Source: Camelus ferus (Eukaryota). From it: 64,000 bases of DNA. The stretch lies in assembly GCF_009834535.1 (NCBI RefSeq), contig NC_045697.1, positions 23,686,001-23,750,000 on the forward strand, given 5' to 3'. The notes below the pieces were generated by a model. The model was not told the origin of the DNA. It ran no database searches and worked only from the letters and a program-made list of their open reading frames with translations. A program made the position numbers and the translations under genes. Shown here piece after piece: positions 12,801 to 26,612 of this stretch; the first letter of the stretch is position 1; the number at the start of each line of letters is the position of its first letter.

Positions 12801-13961
12801 ATTGGGTTGTGAAGGGATAAAAGGTGGGGTGGGATTTTTTTTCAAATTATCCAAAAGTTGTGGAGTTGTGCTCTATGTGAAAAGAGTACATTTGAGGATT
12901 ATACTCCATGAAGAATACATTTGAGGCTTATACACAGCACTCCATAAAGATCTGGTTCAGTAATGTTTAAACAGCATCAAGTTATGTAGGAAAGATGATA
13001 ATAAGAATGCCCACATGCAAGAGTTGTGTGCAGGTAAGCCATCCAATATCAATGACAGAAATTAATTCTATTACTTAAGCCAATAACTTCTTCCTGAATT
13101 ATGAAACTTTTGGGTGTTTGAACATATAAGACACATTTGAATGAAATGTTTCCATGAGATTCCCAATTTCATTCCACAAATGCCCTCTATTACATTTTAT
13201 TACATTATTTATTAAGCAATTGAGCTCAATCTTTTTATGCCACATCATCTTACATTCTAATGACATGTTATATTGTCTTAAGCATCTTATATTTAATCCA
13301 TTTTGTATGCACAGTTTATTACATTTATAAATTGATATTTGCATATCTGATCAATTACAAACCATTGGCATACAGTGTGATATGACACCTTAGCTTAATC
13401 AAATTTCACTTACAATTGGTTCCATCTTTAGATATTAATTTACGTAAATGTGAGTGCACAATAGTATAATTACTTCAAGCTCGAACAGATTTAATCTATT
13501 TTCAAAGCCACAGTAAAATTTATGTGTCTACTTTCCAACTATGAAAAATGTATTGAAAATTTTCATGCATATGACATTCTTTTTGTGCATCTCCACATCA
13601 TTTCATCAGAAAACAGATTATAATGGCTTTAAATAAAGTTTTATAGAAGCATGTGGTCACTTTCCAATGAATAAAAACACAATCAACCCTCTGTCTGAGA
13701 TTATTTATGGCAGAGATTGAAAGCTGCCTGAAAAAGTGCTATGGAGCTGGTTTCTATCCACACAGTTACAAAGAGCCAAAATTTTAATATTAGATAATGT
13801 TGCATAAAGTCAAAATCAGAGATCCTGAACCACCTGGTCTGCACCCCTGCATCGCAACAATTGATGGGTTAAGTGGTAGGTGTGTGTGACCCCTTTAAAT
13901 GGGTGAGGAAGAGTCACTGCAGTTGGCTACAGCACCACTGCATTCTGATACGATGCAAGCA

Positions 13962-13964
13962 TAA

Positions 13965-14015
<51 letters not shown>

Positions 14016-14016
14016 A
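13962..14016. repeat. (TAAA)n microsatellite
   Basis: About 13 near-uninterrupted TAAA units. Confidence 0.95.
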
Positions 14017-14639
14017 TGTAGTTATACCCTGCCTGATATGGGAGGCATTTGTGTTTTTTATTCTTCATTTACGGTGTCCATATTGTGGAAAACACACAAA
14101 TGCAGAGTATTTGGGAGGGGTGGGGATCTGCATCAGTGCTAGTTGGAATGCTGTCTTAGAAACACACATAATGGAGAAACTCTTCCAGAAACTTATGCCC
14201 CTCACTCTCGTTTCTATGTTTACAAAATGAAAAGCCCATATTTATTCTTCAATGTGCTTCACTGTTTCTAATCCCCATCCCAAATCCCCTCCTACTACTC
14301 TACCTCCTTTCTTCAGTTCAGGTTAATGTGGAACATTGTATTAAAAAAAAAATAGTATCATTCAGCAAATACTGAGAAACACGGCTAAGAGATTTTTTTC
14401 AAAGTGGTGTTTATTTTCTACCTCTAGAAAACTATAATAGGAAGTGAACAGAAACAAAGAGATACTTTATACTAGGAATGTGTTTGATTCTCTTGAATTA
14501 TTTTGCTGTGTTTTCCCCTCAATTTATTACATATTAAAGTGACTTGGGAGAATGTTGCTCATGTTGGGTTTTCTGTGAAATAGCTTTAAGACCCTGAGTA
14601 AGTCACACAGCCTCTCTGAGTTTCGATTTCACTTTTTGT

Positions 14640-14878
14640 TAAGCAAGTGTCTAATATAGTGACTAAGAACACAGACTGATGAGTTTGAATGCTGGCTGAG
14701 CCATTAGTTTCAAGACCTGGTGCAATACACCGAAAGTCCTGATATCTGCACCTATCCAATGGGGATGATTAACAGTAGCATTTCGCTCATATGGTTATTT
14801 TGCAAATTAAATGAGTTCATAATGTAAAGTGCTCAGAACTGTGGTTGGCATACATTAAGTAAGACATGAGTTGTTAAA
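14640..14878 (+). mobile_element. MIR SINE
   Basis: gagtttgaatgctggct...aatggggatgattaacagta...attaaatgagttcataatgtaaagtgctcagaactgtgg: MIR core and tail. Confidence 0.7.
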
Positions 14879-15320
14879 AATAAATAAAAATGCTCGTAAA
14901 TGGATTATACCTAAATAAGCCATCAGCTTTAAATTTTTATCTACTTTGATTTCATATTCTGTAATTTGATAATATTAACAGATTAATTTAAAAACTCTTC
15001 AAATGTATAATATTAAAGAAGTTACCACTTTTATTTATGTTGATTTTAGTTTTATAAAAGTATCTTGGCCAATTTTTTTTCAAATGAGTCTGTATACAAT
15101 TCTTAATAGTAAAAAAATAAAACAAAGAGAACTTTATGTATGAAAACTTATTGTTTAAGGTCACATCAGTTCCTCAGATTGGAGTGAAGTTTCAGTTATA
15201 TTTCAAAAAAATAAACAACTTGGCATATGATTTCCTACACCTCATATATAGGTTAAGAAGTTGGAAATATCATGACACACTTATACTGAGAATGTATGTT
15301 GATAATCAAGAAGCAAAACT

Positions 15321-17612
15321 GTAACATAATACTCAACTGTGAAAAGTTGAAAATCTTCCTGCTAAAATCTGGAACAAGACAAGGATGCTCACTCTCACCA
15401 CTTCTATACAACATAGTATTGGAAAGCCTAGCAACAGCAATGAGACAAGAAAAAGAAATAAAAGGTATCCAAATCAGTAGGGAAGAGGTAAAATTGCCAT
15501 TATATATTAATGGCATGATACAATATATAGAAAAGTCTAAAGACTCCACACAAAACCGCTAGAACTGATAAAGAAATTCAGCAAAGTAGCAATATACAAG
15601 ATTAACATACAGAAATCTGTTGCATTGCTTTATACTAACAATGAAACATCAGGAAGGGAAAATAAAAAAAAAAATCGCTTTTAAAATTGTATCAAAAAAA
15701 TAAAAAATCTGACCAAGGAGGTGAAAGACATATACACTGAGAAATATAAAACAGTGATAAAAGAAACTAAAGATGATTTAAAGAACAGGAAAGATATCCC
15801 ATGTTGTTGAATTGGAAGAATTGATATTGTTAAATTGGCCATATTACCCAAGGCAATCTACAGGTTTAATGTGATCCCTATCAAATTACCCATGACACTT
15901 TTCACAGAACTAGAACAAATAATCCTAAAAGTTATACGGAATCACAAAAGACCCAGAATTGCCAAAGCAATCCTGAGGAAAAAGAACAAAGATGGAGGCA
16001 TAACCTTCCCAAATGTCAGACAATATTACAAAACTCCAGTAACCAAAACAGCATGGTACTGGCACAAAAACAGATACATGGATCAATGGAACAGAATAGA
16101 GAGCCCAAAAATAAACTCATACACCTATGGTAAATTAATAATTGACAAAGGAGGCAAGAATATACAATGGAAAAAAGATAGTCTTCTAGGCAAGTGGTGT
16201 TGAGAAAGCTGCACAGCCACATGAAAATCAATGAAGTTAGAACACTCTCTCACACCATACACAAAAATAAATTCAAAATGGCTTAAATATTTAAATACAA
16301 GACAGGACACCATAAAGCTCCTAGAAGAGAAAATAGGTAAAATCTTCTCTGACATAAATCGCAGCAATATTTTCTTAGGTTAGTCTCCCAAGGCAATAGA
16401 AAAAAAGCAAAAATAAGCAAATGGGGCCTAAACAAATGTATAAGCTTTTACACAGCAAAGAAAACCATAAACAAAACAAAAGACCTACAGACTGGAAGAA
16501 AATATTTGCAAATGATGCAGCCGACAAGGGATTAATTCCAAAATATACAAACATCTCATACAATTCAATAACAAAAGAAACAAATAATCCAATCAAAAAT
16601 GAACAGAAGACCTAAAAAGACATTTCTCCAATGAAGACAAGGAGATGACCAATAGGCACATGCAGAGATGTTCAATGTCTTTAGTTATCAGAGAAATGAA
16701 AATCAAAACTACAATGAGGTATTACCTCACACCAATCAGAATGGCCACCATTAAAATGTACACAAACAGTAAATGCTGGAAAGGGTGTGCAGAAAAGGAA
16801 ACCATCCTACACTGTTGGTAAAGTAGTTATGGAAAACACTATGTATATTCTTAAAAAAACTGAAAATAGACATCATATGATCCAGCAATCCCACTCCTGG
16901 GCATATATCTGGAGAAAACTCTAATTTGAAAAATACATGCACCCCTCTGTTCATAGAAGCACTATTTACAATAGCTAAGATATAGAAGCAACCTAAATGT
17001 CCATGGACAGATGAATGAGTAAAGAAGATATAGTATATACTATATATATATATATATATGAATATATATGAATATATATATATGAATATTACTCTGCCAT
17101 TAAAAAGAATGAAATAATGCCATTTGCAGCAACATGGCTGGACCTAGAGATTATCGTAGCAAGTGAAATAAGTCAGACAGAGAAAGACAAATATCATGTG
17201 ATATTACTTATATGTGGGATCTAAAATATGATACAAATTAACTTATTTACAAAACAGAATTAGACTAACAGACATAGAAAACAAACTTATGGTTACCAAA
17301 GAGTAAAGAGAGGAGGGGAAGGATAAATTAGGAGTTTGGGATTAGCAGATACAAACTACTGCATATAAAATAGATAAACAACAAGGTCCTATTATATAGC
17401 ATAGGGAACTATATGCTGTATCTTATAACCTTTAATGAAAAACAATATGAAAAGGAGTGCATGTGTGTATGTGTGTGTATGTATGTATGTATGTGTGTGT
17501 ATACACACACACACACACACACACACAACTGAATCACTTTGCTCTACCCCAGAAACTAATACAACCAAATCAACCAAACTTCAATTTTAAAAAATTTACT
17601 TCCTTGAAAAAA
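15321..17612 (+). mobile_element. 5'-truncated LINE-1 (ORF2 RT to 3' UTR), degenerate
   Basis: ORF2 peptides [20 protein letters not shown] and [23 protein letters not shown] decayed to YING; 3' UTR ends in A-runs; TSD aagaagcaaaa(c/t)t at 15308-15320 and 17613-17625. Confidence 0.95.
17459..17527. repeat. (TG/TA)n-(CA)n compound microsatellite in L1 3' UTR
   Basis: gtgtgtatgtgtgtgtatgtatg...tatacacacacaca. Confidence 0.85.
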
Positions 17613-17706
17613 AAGAAGCAAAATTTCACATGGGGTAACTGTCTTGACTTTTTTCCAATCTAATTCTATTATCAGCTTTTCTTTATCTATACTTAGATCT
17701 AAGTAA

Positions 17707-17785
17707 CTATCTGGAAATCCCAACTTTAAAGAGAGTATTACTGGAAATTCTATCTGGAAATCCCAACTTTAAAGAGAGTATTACT
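17707..17785 (+). repeat. Perfect 36-bp direct duplication with 7-bp spacer
   Basis: ctatctggaaatcccaactttaaagagagtattact at 17707-17742 and 17750-17785; spacer ggaaatt. Confidence 0.95.
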
Positions 17786-19319
17786 TCTTTAAAATTATTT
17801 TTATGCTTTTTACTTAACATAGTCTTAAAATACTTAAATGTTAAAATTATTCTTTCCAGAAAATTTTAATTTGCTGCTTAATTCCAGGGTGATGAAATGT
17901 CCAGAAATGTTGAAATGCCTTACTAAAACTAGTGACCTAATTCCATATGGAAACCCAATTTTAAACTGATATGGTTCTCTGCTGGAATATTTTAATTTTT
18001 TCCTGTTTCCAATGAAAATTTATTTTAAACTACACTTCTTGGTTCTTTGAGAATTATTACCAAATGGAACTTAATTCAAAAAGAAAAAAACATAATATAT
18101 ATATACACAGTGATGGAGCAGGAAGGAAGTATAGAATATGTCTCATCCAGTGCCCTTATGTAAGGAAGAAGAAACTTAAAACCAGACAGGGCAAGTTGTC
18201 AAAAGTTTATTCAATGAAGCAGAGTCACAGCCAAAACTGGATACAAGTTATCCTACTTACTGACCACTTGTCATGAGCAGTGTTTAATGTGGGCTGGAAT
18301 GTAAAATAATTTCCCAATCCAGAAACTTAAGTGATTTTTAGACACTAACCATATCAATATATTTTATCATTGCTTCTTTAAAACACTGAAACTTATTAAC
18401 ATTGATGACTTCTCACTAGAAAAACTAATAAAATTATTTTGTCAAGTTTAAGAATTGTATTGTCCATTAAGTTCAACGTGTTGGCTGCAGAAATTTTTTT
18501 AGCACTAAATGTTTCACATTCAGATATCTCAGTAAGTAATTCTCAAATAAATTTAGAATTGTGGGCAGGATAATCATCTTTGATAATAGTCTAAAAATAA
18601 AGTATTATCTTATTCAGTATAGAAATCTTACCTGTATCAAGATGTTCTAAAGTGATTACACACACGCACACACATAAGACACATGCACTTATAAGCACAA
18701 CCACTGTTCAAATCACATATATTTGTCCTACAGAAATTAAGTGCCACATGAAGGAGACACAGGTATGTAGCTATTTTTCACCATTAATAATCATTGGTGT
18801 ATAATACTTTTAATACAAAATTATAAATGCAGAAAGCAGTAAAAAATTTTAAGTGAACCTAAACTCTAACCACCTGCTCAAAGCCACTGTAAATATTCTG
18901 AGTTCTTTTTTTTCCCAGACTCTTAACTATCCATGTGTGTTCCTAGGTGCATCTGTGTGTGTTGTGCTAAAGGAGAATTTAGAAAAATCTGAATGCATAA
19001 TATTTGATTTCCTTTGTCCAAAGATGGTGCAGGTATTTTAAGAATTAAACTACTATATGGAGGCCAAATACACATTTCTACAACTTGAAATGTTGATTTA
19101 TAATCATTTGTCTCTTAATTAAAATTTTTTGGTTACATTTTTATAATGTTCTACTTTAAAAATAGTGGAATTTATTTCTATCAATTTTCCTCTAAATACA
19201 GCTTGCCAAATTCCTTGAGTTTGGATGCAGAGAACTTTCATTTTTGTAATATTTAGGTTTCTTCTTTTTATAATTTTAGTGTAACCATTCACTAGTTAGA
19301 CACTGGGAGGCTGATTTCC

Positions 19320-19640
19320 GTTCATTAATTCAATAAAATTGTTTGTGTCCATAGAATATGAGAATCATTCTTTAGATGGCAAGGTAAAAGCAGTGAAAAA
19401 ACACCACCAAAGCAGTAACACAGCCTTGATCTAACAGAACTTACATTCTGATAGGTAAACAGATATGATAAAAATCAGACAAAATAAAATATGATGCCAG
19501 AGAGTATTAGTACTGTGAACAAAAATAAAGCAAGATAAAGGGATATGAACAATAGGAAAAATTGTTTGAGCTGGAGTCGTTTCAGGAAGCCTTTCTTGAG
19601 AGGTAACATTTGAGCAGAGACAAATGAAGTGAGGGAATTA
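19320..19640 (-). mobile_element. L2 fragment
   Basis: ttcattaattcaataaaattgtttg...gaacttacattctg...gaggtaacatttgagcagagac. Confidence 0.6.
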
Positions 19641-19689
19641 AGAACTATGTCTCCCTGAATCTGACAGCGGCATGGAATGAATGCTGTCA

Positions 19690-20645
19690 GCTACCTGAGC
19701 AAGGAAACAGATCCTCCATAAGTCAATTACCCAGAAGAAAACCCAGCCAGGGCCAGTCCTTGGTTGCCCCTTTGTTAGATCCTAATCAAAGGACCAAATT
19801 AAAGCATGCCTAGACTCCTGAATCACAGACCGTAGGAACTAAGAAATCTGTGTCTTTTTACCCCACTGTTTTTGTGATAATTCATTATACAGCAATTAAA
19901 AACTAATAAACATTTAAATACCTAGAGGTAGGGCGCTATTGTGACAAATACCTCAGAATGTGGGGGTGGACTGGGCAATGGGCAGAGGCTGGAAGAATTT
20001 TGAGGAGTGTTATAGAGAAACTCTACATTTACTTGAACAAACCGTTAGTAAAATTATGGACTTTAAAGACGCTGTTGATGAGGGCTCAAAAATCAAGTGA
20101 GGAAGCTGCGGTGAGGAGTATCCTTGTTATACACAAGTATCTGATCCACAATAGGCAGGTAGAAGACCGATAAACTATGTACTTTTCATAAAAAGTTAAA
20201 ATGACTCAAAGGATGGGGCCAAGAAACCAAAAGATGGAGTAAAGAGCCACAGAAACCTTACTCTTCAGGCTTGAAATCTAATCAAGAAATTCCTAACATC
20301 TTCCCGGCTAGATCGGCACCTTTATTAAACAGGGTCTTATTTTCACCTTGTATTTTCTAGTCCTTAAACTTAACATGTATAGCTCATACCCTATACCAGC
20401 CCTACTATCAGATAATACTGACCCAGATGGCGTGTCTTTTGTTTTATAGACCCACAAATGGAAAAGGTTTTTTTTGTGTGTGTGTCCCAGAAGCTTTATT
20501 TAAAGGATTACATTCAGTAACCTCATCTGTTCCAGGGCCTGATTTAGATGATAAGATTTTGGGCTTTGGTATGATGCATAATGGCATGAGATTCAGGGGA
20601 AACGTAGGAAAGAGTGCATGTATTTTGCATTTGGGAGGAATATGA
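19690..20645 (+). mobile_element. MLT1 LTR 3' part followed by MLT1 internal region
   Basis: LTR end ...attcattatacagcaattaaaaactaata (~19908), then tacctagaggtagggcgct...gggcagaggctggaagaattttgagg, typical of the MLT1-int start. Confidence 0.65.
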
Positions 20646-22486
20646 TTAAACTTACATCAATGAAACAGCTCTGGGTCTTGGCCCTTATACATTCAGCCCT
20701 CCTTTATCTACCTCCAGAAGTAGTTAGAGGACCACTGGGCTAGGTTATTTCCAACTCCTTTCATCTCTGAAGCTTACATTTTATAGTTCAGAGAGACACA
20801 GGTATTCAAATAAAAAAAAATTTATTCATCAAAGAACATGGCTCATGTTCTGGTCAGAAACACTGAATTTGTTTTCTAATTATAATACCAGTATTTTTAA
20901 AGTATTTACCTCACAAAACTCCAGTGTTGTTTAAACATTTAAAGCCAAAATTCATGTGAGTACTTAACTCAAAGAAGGTCTAGTGTACAGTAAATGAGTG
21001 CTGTAATTTAGATGACACAATCATAATTATTGTTAAATGATATTTTGTATGCATTACTTATTCTCGAATTAGGGTAGGAGTATCTTAGCGTGAAAAAGTA
21101 AGCAGAAGATATGATGAATATCAAGCCATGCTCATTCAGAAATCAGAAAATGTGATTTATTTATAATGATTCATGTCATTAAAAAATCTCTCTCCTTAAG
21201 TAACTCACCTTCCTCCTAAAGAACCTGAAGCTTTATTAAGTAAAATTAAGGTAGTGTTCAAGAAGTAAACCTATTTGTGGATGTGTTCATGCTTTTAGAC
21301 CCCTTCGTTTATGAAAGTATTTTTTCAATGTGCATGGCAGGATACCAAATCCTCCTTTTCCCTTGAGAGCCCTCCTGGCCACTGCAAAAACAACTGTTCC
21401 CAATTAACTCTGGACCTATTGCACTTTTCTCCTCTCTCAAGGCATTTATCACTTGCTATAATGTAATAGAGTCACCAGTGCAAATTTCTTCTCCTCTAAT
21501 GCCCAAGAACCCACTGGGAAAAGGGTTTAGTTTGATTCACCTTTATCTCATTCTCTGTGCTTAGTTTTGTGAGTGATAGGTACGCAGAAGTTTATCAACT
21601 TGTTCTGTTTACTGCCAAAATGACTAAGGCTTAGAAATTTTCTGTGTTGTTTTAATGTAAAAAGTAATTTTTAATAGACAGGAGATGTAATTTCTATTCT
21701 CTACTCTTTCTACTCCCAAAATCACATAATACTGTAGCTATGAAAAGTATGATTACCCTTTGCAATTCCCCTGCATCATTGATGAAAAGGTATTATAATG
21801 TCTTACTTTTAGAATAAGAATATTCTGAACAAAAAGATCTGTTTTCAAGTCCCTTGCAAGTCTTAGATTTTTGATAAGTGAGACCTTTCTGAATTTCCTG
21901 ATGTATAAAGTAATTCCTCTGCATTATTCACAAGAGAATTCTAAAAAATTATGGAAAATACAATTGACCTTCCTTTAATTCTTAACTAGGATTCCCAGAT
22001 GTCCCTGTTGTAGAGGGATTTATTTTTTATTTATTTATTTTTTTTTACCAAGAAAGAGTTCGCTTGAAATAACAAAGTAAAGTTATAGGACTGGACATGA
22101 AAGAGAAACCCAACACCTTCTGAATTTAATTTGAAAGCGAAAATAAGTGCTTGAAATAAAAAGACGGGGGTACAGAGGGAAAAAGCATATCAAGGTATAT
22201 CAAGGCTAAACCCAGTTGGGAGGAACACTTGAAATATCAATAAATATCTCTAGGATAGATGACAAAAGTATTCTTAGGGAGGTGTATATCACACTAGACC
22301 CCACACTGCTTTTCACTAGCTCTTAATTTTTTTTTTATGTAATAGTCTTTGATTTGGTTAGATGAGCAGGACTTAGAAAGTTTTTTGGCTGGTGAAGAAT
22401 TCTGCAGTTTTACAACAAAGAGGAGTATGAGTAAGAGGAATTTAGAGGAACTCATTATTTTTCAGTTTTAGTATCCTATATTTACA

Positions 22487-22712
22487 TCCCCTTTCTGTCA
22501 CCAGCTGGAAAACATTCTCTGCCTTTAAAGGGCTTATGCAATTGAGTCCTGCCTAGAAAGTTTCCTTATCTTAAAATTAACTATGCTGTGTAATACAACA
22601 TTATCACAGGAGTGAAAGCTCATCATATTTGCCAGTTCCAGTTACATCCCAAGGGGAGGAGATTATTCAAGGCCAGGGTCATTGAGGATCATTTTTACAA
22701 TTCTGACCATCA
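22487..22712 (-). mobile_element. MLT1 LTR fragment
   Basis: ctctgcctttaaagggct...atcacaggagtga...catcatatt...aattctgacc. Confidence 0.55.
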
Positions 22713-22824
22713 AAATAGGAAAAGGAGTTCAACTTTAGCCCAGGTTCATAAGCTCTGATTTAATGCAAAAAGGAGGCCATCAGTTATTTTTCGTATATAC
22801 TGTTTGTTACATTAATAGAGAATA

Positions 22825-23015
22825 CAATAATAATAAAAATTTACACAGTATTTTTCCACAGACACTTTCACATTTGCTCCTCACAGAAACCTAGCAACTC
22901 TTATTATACCTGCCTTCTAGAGGTAGAAACGGAGCAAAGCGATTTTAAGTAAACTCTCCTCAAGTTCGACCAATGGAAAATTCTGCATTCAAAAAAAAAA
23001 GTCTGATTCTACACA
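22825..23015 (-). mobile_element. MIR fragment
   Basis: ctcctcacagaaacct...ttattatacctgccttctagaggtagaaacggag. Confidence 0.45.
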
Positions 23016-25803
23016 CATTATGTTTTACTTCACACAAAATTATTTTTGTAGATAATTTACTGTTACCAGAATCATCAAACATGATTGCTCTCACGACAGA
23101 GTAGAGTGAGTGTGTTCTAATGCCCATGGTATGTTTTGTGATATAACTACGTGAGTTACAAATAATGTGAATATTAAATTAGAGATGAAATCCAAGATGA
23201 AGTGAGTCATGTTTCCCTGCAGCTCTGAGGCAACGATGGTGTTAAATGTTAGAGCTGAGAATATAGGAAGAGGACTTAGCCCAGGGCTCTTCATCACCAG
23301 GTGACTTGCCTTTCTTTAGGAGGCTCTCCAACTGCTTGAGTGATGGAAATCAGGTTTTCCCCTTTGCTAAATGTCTGCAAGCCCATTCTGACCTACTTAG
23401 CTTTCTAAACAGATTTCCCTGGTGCTAAATGGCAGGAGTTGCATTGAGGAGGGAAAAACAGCATTCTTTATACTCAAAGCTTTAACCTGTGGACTGCCAC
23501 ATCTATTTCATTTCCCAAGAATTATGTCAGTCTCTTTCCTTCTGTTTGAGTTGGTTGATGGTTATAAAGCTTCATTACCCGAGAACTAAGTAAACGAGGT
23601 ATCGTTATATGCAGATCCATAGAGACGCGGAAATTATTTAAGACAACATAACCCCTTGAGGATATTTTTTAACAGAGAGTTTACCTCTGGCATATTTCTG
23701 CCAAGTTAAAGAAATATACAACTTTAGTAACTAGAAGGCCTTAATATATTGCTTGCACAACTTGTACAAGGAATCTCAATGATTGTCCCTGGGAGAATTC
23801 TGCTTGAATAGGATTTAGACTTATTAGTTCATGCAATGTTGATTTTTGAGTATTGGTCTTCTGAGAAAGACAGAGTACTTCACAAACTGTGTACTTTAGT
23901 CTCAATGGCCTGGGGATTTCTCACAGAGGCTATCTTTCTCTCATATTGTGAGTGTGATTACATAGCACACTTTTCTAAGAGTTCAAGTGGTAAAACAAAG
24001 ACATCTACAGGAATTACTCATTATGGTATTTTCAAGTGGAAGGCTAACCACATCTAATAACAGTATAGGCAAAAAATAGTGGACAATTAAAAAAATAAAA
24101 TATATGTCTACATATATGATAGTGAGAAAGAAAGGTAAGGAGATAATAGATGATAGATTTGTGAACATTTTGGTGTTTCGACTTTTTGAAATTCTTAAAT
24201 TTGGCATGGTAAAACGGTTTAAAGATATTTTCCTTTGATTTTGACATCTGGATAAGAAAAGTAAAAGTAGATACTTAGAGGAACTGACTTAGTAGAGTAT
24301 TTCTTCCAACTGTGACTCAGAGTATGCATGCTTTGCTCATATAAGCACCATATTTGAACCTAAGTTTCCAGACTTATTTTCTCAAGTAAAACTGAATATG
24401 CTGATAAAAGTTTCCCCCCATTTATAATATATTTAATTTTAAAACAATAAAAGTTATAATTGGTATATTAGAATAAATATGAACACAGAATTTTTATTAC
24501 TCAGGGAATACTTAGAGGGTTTCTGAGTTCTAAATTTTTCAAAGAAGCATCAACTGGGGATGTATTTACTGAAAGATGGTAGGTTAAAAGTTGTCCATAA
24601 GAGTCTCGATTTATTCACTTCCATTTATACATATAGAACACTTCAGGTATATCATTCTGCATCATCATTCTACTGACTCATTCTATTCATAGCAGGGATA
24701 TGTTTGCCAAAGTTTATTAGAAAATGGTAGTAATATCTCAACCAATTTTGCTCTAAACTTTGCAATTTTGATGATTCTAATTTAGTTCCTAAAGCAGCTA
24801 AAGTGCCAGTATATTAACCCAAGTTTCCCAAAAGTTAAAAAAAAAAAATAATAATAATACATTTATGGTAACAATACTGGATTTTATTCAAAATGAAGAT
24901 AATTTATTTTTGTTGACTTTAGCATACATGAAAATATGTCATTAATTCTGGAACTCTATTAAAGACACTATTATTTACTTTCATAGATATACACAAAGAA
25001 CATATTTCATAGCTTATTACAGTCAAATACATTAAATTTTCTCCAGCTTTGATATTGAATCACTAATTACTTTACTTGGTACCTGTCAAATAATCTGCCA
25101 CATTCAGCTTTTTGTTCATTTGTTTTAAATTTTCATTATGTAAATGAGACTAATGGCAAGATTTTGATACTCATCTGACTTCTTATAAGTACAAGAGAAA
25201 TGTCTCCCTGGAAAATGGTTGCTTGGAAAACTGTAGTTGAATGAAATCTATTATTATTAAAATATATACATTAGTATATATTTTTCTGTCCTTTAAAGCA
25301 TGTTATGCATACCTTCCAACAACAACAAAAAATTCTTTCATCTTAAACTGTGAAAGATCTATGTTAAAGAAGGTATTCCTTTTTTAATAATGAAAATCCA
25401 GTACATCAGTAGATAGACATTGTTTCTGGTTACAGATTTACTCCTAGGTAGACAGGTGACTTTATGCAAGTTAGTTATAAACTTTCTAGAAATCAGCTCC
25501 TCTGTTAGAAAATTACACAAACTAACTAGGATCTTAAAGCATCCTGGTATCACTAGGATAAGCAAGGCTATGCTGATATAATGGGTAAAAAAATCAAAAT
25601 CTTCATTGGCACTCTCTTTTGTTTTAAGTTCATACAAATTCTTTGAAGATCCAGGCAACTCTCTATGGTCACTGTCCTCTATGAAGCTCCTTGGGGATTG
25701 GGAGTGAGGATGCTGTTGTTATATTATCTACAACATGTAGCTTTCTTCAGTGATGCAAGAAAATGAAGGTGGGTTGTGCGTAAGCAATTATATGCTTTGT
25801 AAC

Positions 25804-26612
25804 TGACAAAGACTCCCTTCTTGACCAAACTCTAGATAGAGTCCTCAGATTCCTTTTTCAACTTGGCTCTGTCCTTGGGTCTTGGCTTCAAGAACCCAGT
25901 TGTAGCAAGGGTCTTGTTAAGTCAGTTTAGCAAGAATCCCCCACCCTCAATATCTGATCATCCTTGATATCTGATCAAATTCCTTAACCCCCACTACTAC
26001 AGGGTGAATACTTGGGAACCTAATTCCCAGTGGGATGTTATTAGGAGGTGGAACCTTTGGGAGGTGATTAGGTCATGAGGGTGGAGCCTTCAGGTATAGG
26101 ATCAGCGCCCCTATAAAGCAGACCCCAGAGAAACCCCTTGATCTTCTCACCGAGGTGAAGTTACAGCAAGAGGGTGCCTTCTATGAAGCAGAAAGCAGAA
26201 CCTCACCAGGTACTGACTTTGCTAGCTCCGTGATTGAGGAGTCTCAAGTCTTCAGAACTGTGAGGAATAAATTTGTTTTTTATAAGCTACCTAGTCTATG
26301 ATACTCTGTTATAGTATACCAACAGACTAATTCCCCCAGCAAATATTTCATCACTTTGGCTTGCCCTCAGCAAGAATTCTTTTAGATCAGTTTGGCAAGA
26401 ATCTCTCTATTCCCTTAGGAACTGTCTATCCACAGAACATCCACCACCACCACCACCAACCCTGCTCCTTAACTATAAATCATCAGTTTCTCTTGTTGAA
26501 TTTGAAATTGAGCCTAATTATATACTTTGGTTTTTTTCCCCTCTGTTGTACTAGGGCCTGAATAAAATCAGTTTTTACCACTTCAACAATTGTCCAGCTT
26601 GGTTTTCTTTTA
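25804..26612 (+). mobile_element. MER31-like ERV1 LTR interrupted by an MLT1A-like LTR
   Basis: Starts TGACAAAGACTCCCTTCTTGACCAAACT; internal repeats cagtttagcaagaatc and tatctgatca; resumes at ~26331; AATAAA at ~26561. Confidence 0.7.
25995..26330 (+). mobile_element. MLT1A-like MaLR LTR nested in the MER31-like LTR
   Basis: ttaggaggtggaacctttgggaggtgattaggtcatgagggtggagcc...cagaactgtgaggaataaattt...cagactaa. Confidence 0.8.

Noticed and set aside
13845..13960. tgcatcg/cgatgca inverted match as an RNA hairpin
   Set aside because: Only 7 bp of pairing, with no extended stem.
17707..17785. 36-bp direct repeats resembling a CRISPR repeat
   Set aside because: Only two copies, a 7-bp spacer, mammalian context and no cas genes.
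26102..26120. cagcgccccctataaag as a CTCF site or TATA promoter
   Set aside because: Only half of the CTCF core matches, and it lies in the usual TATA region of an MLT1A LTR.
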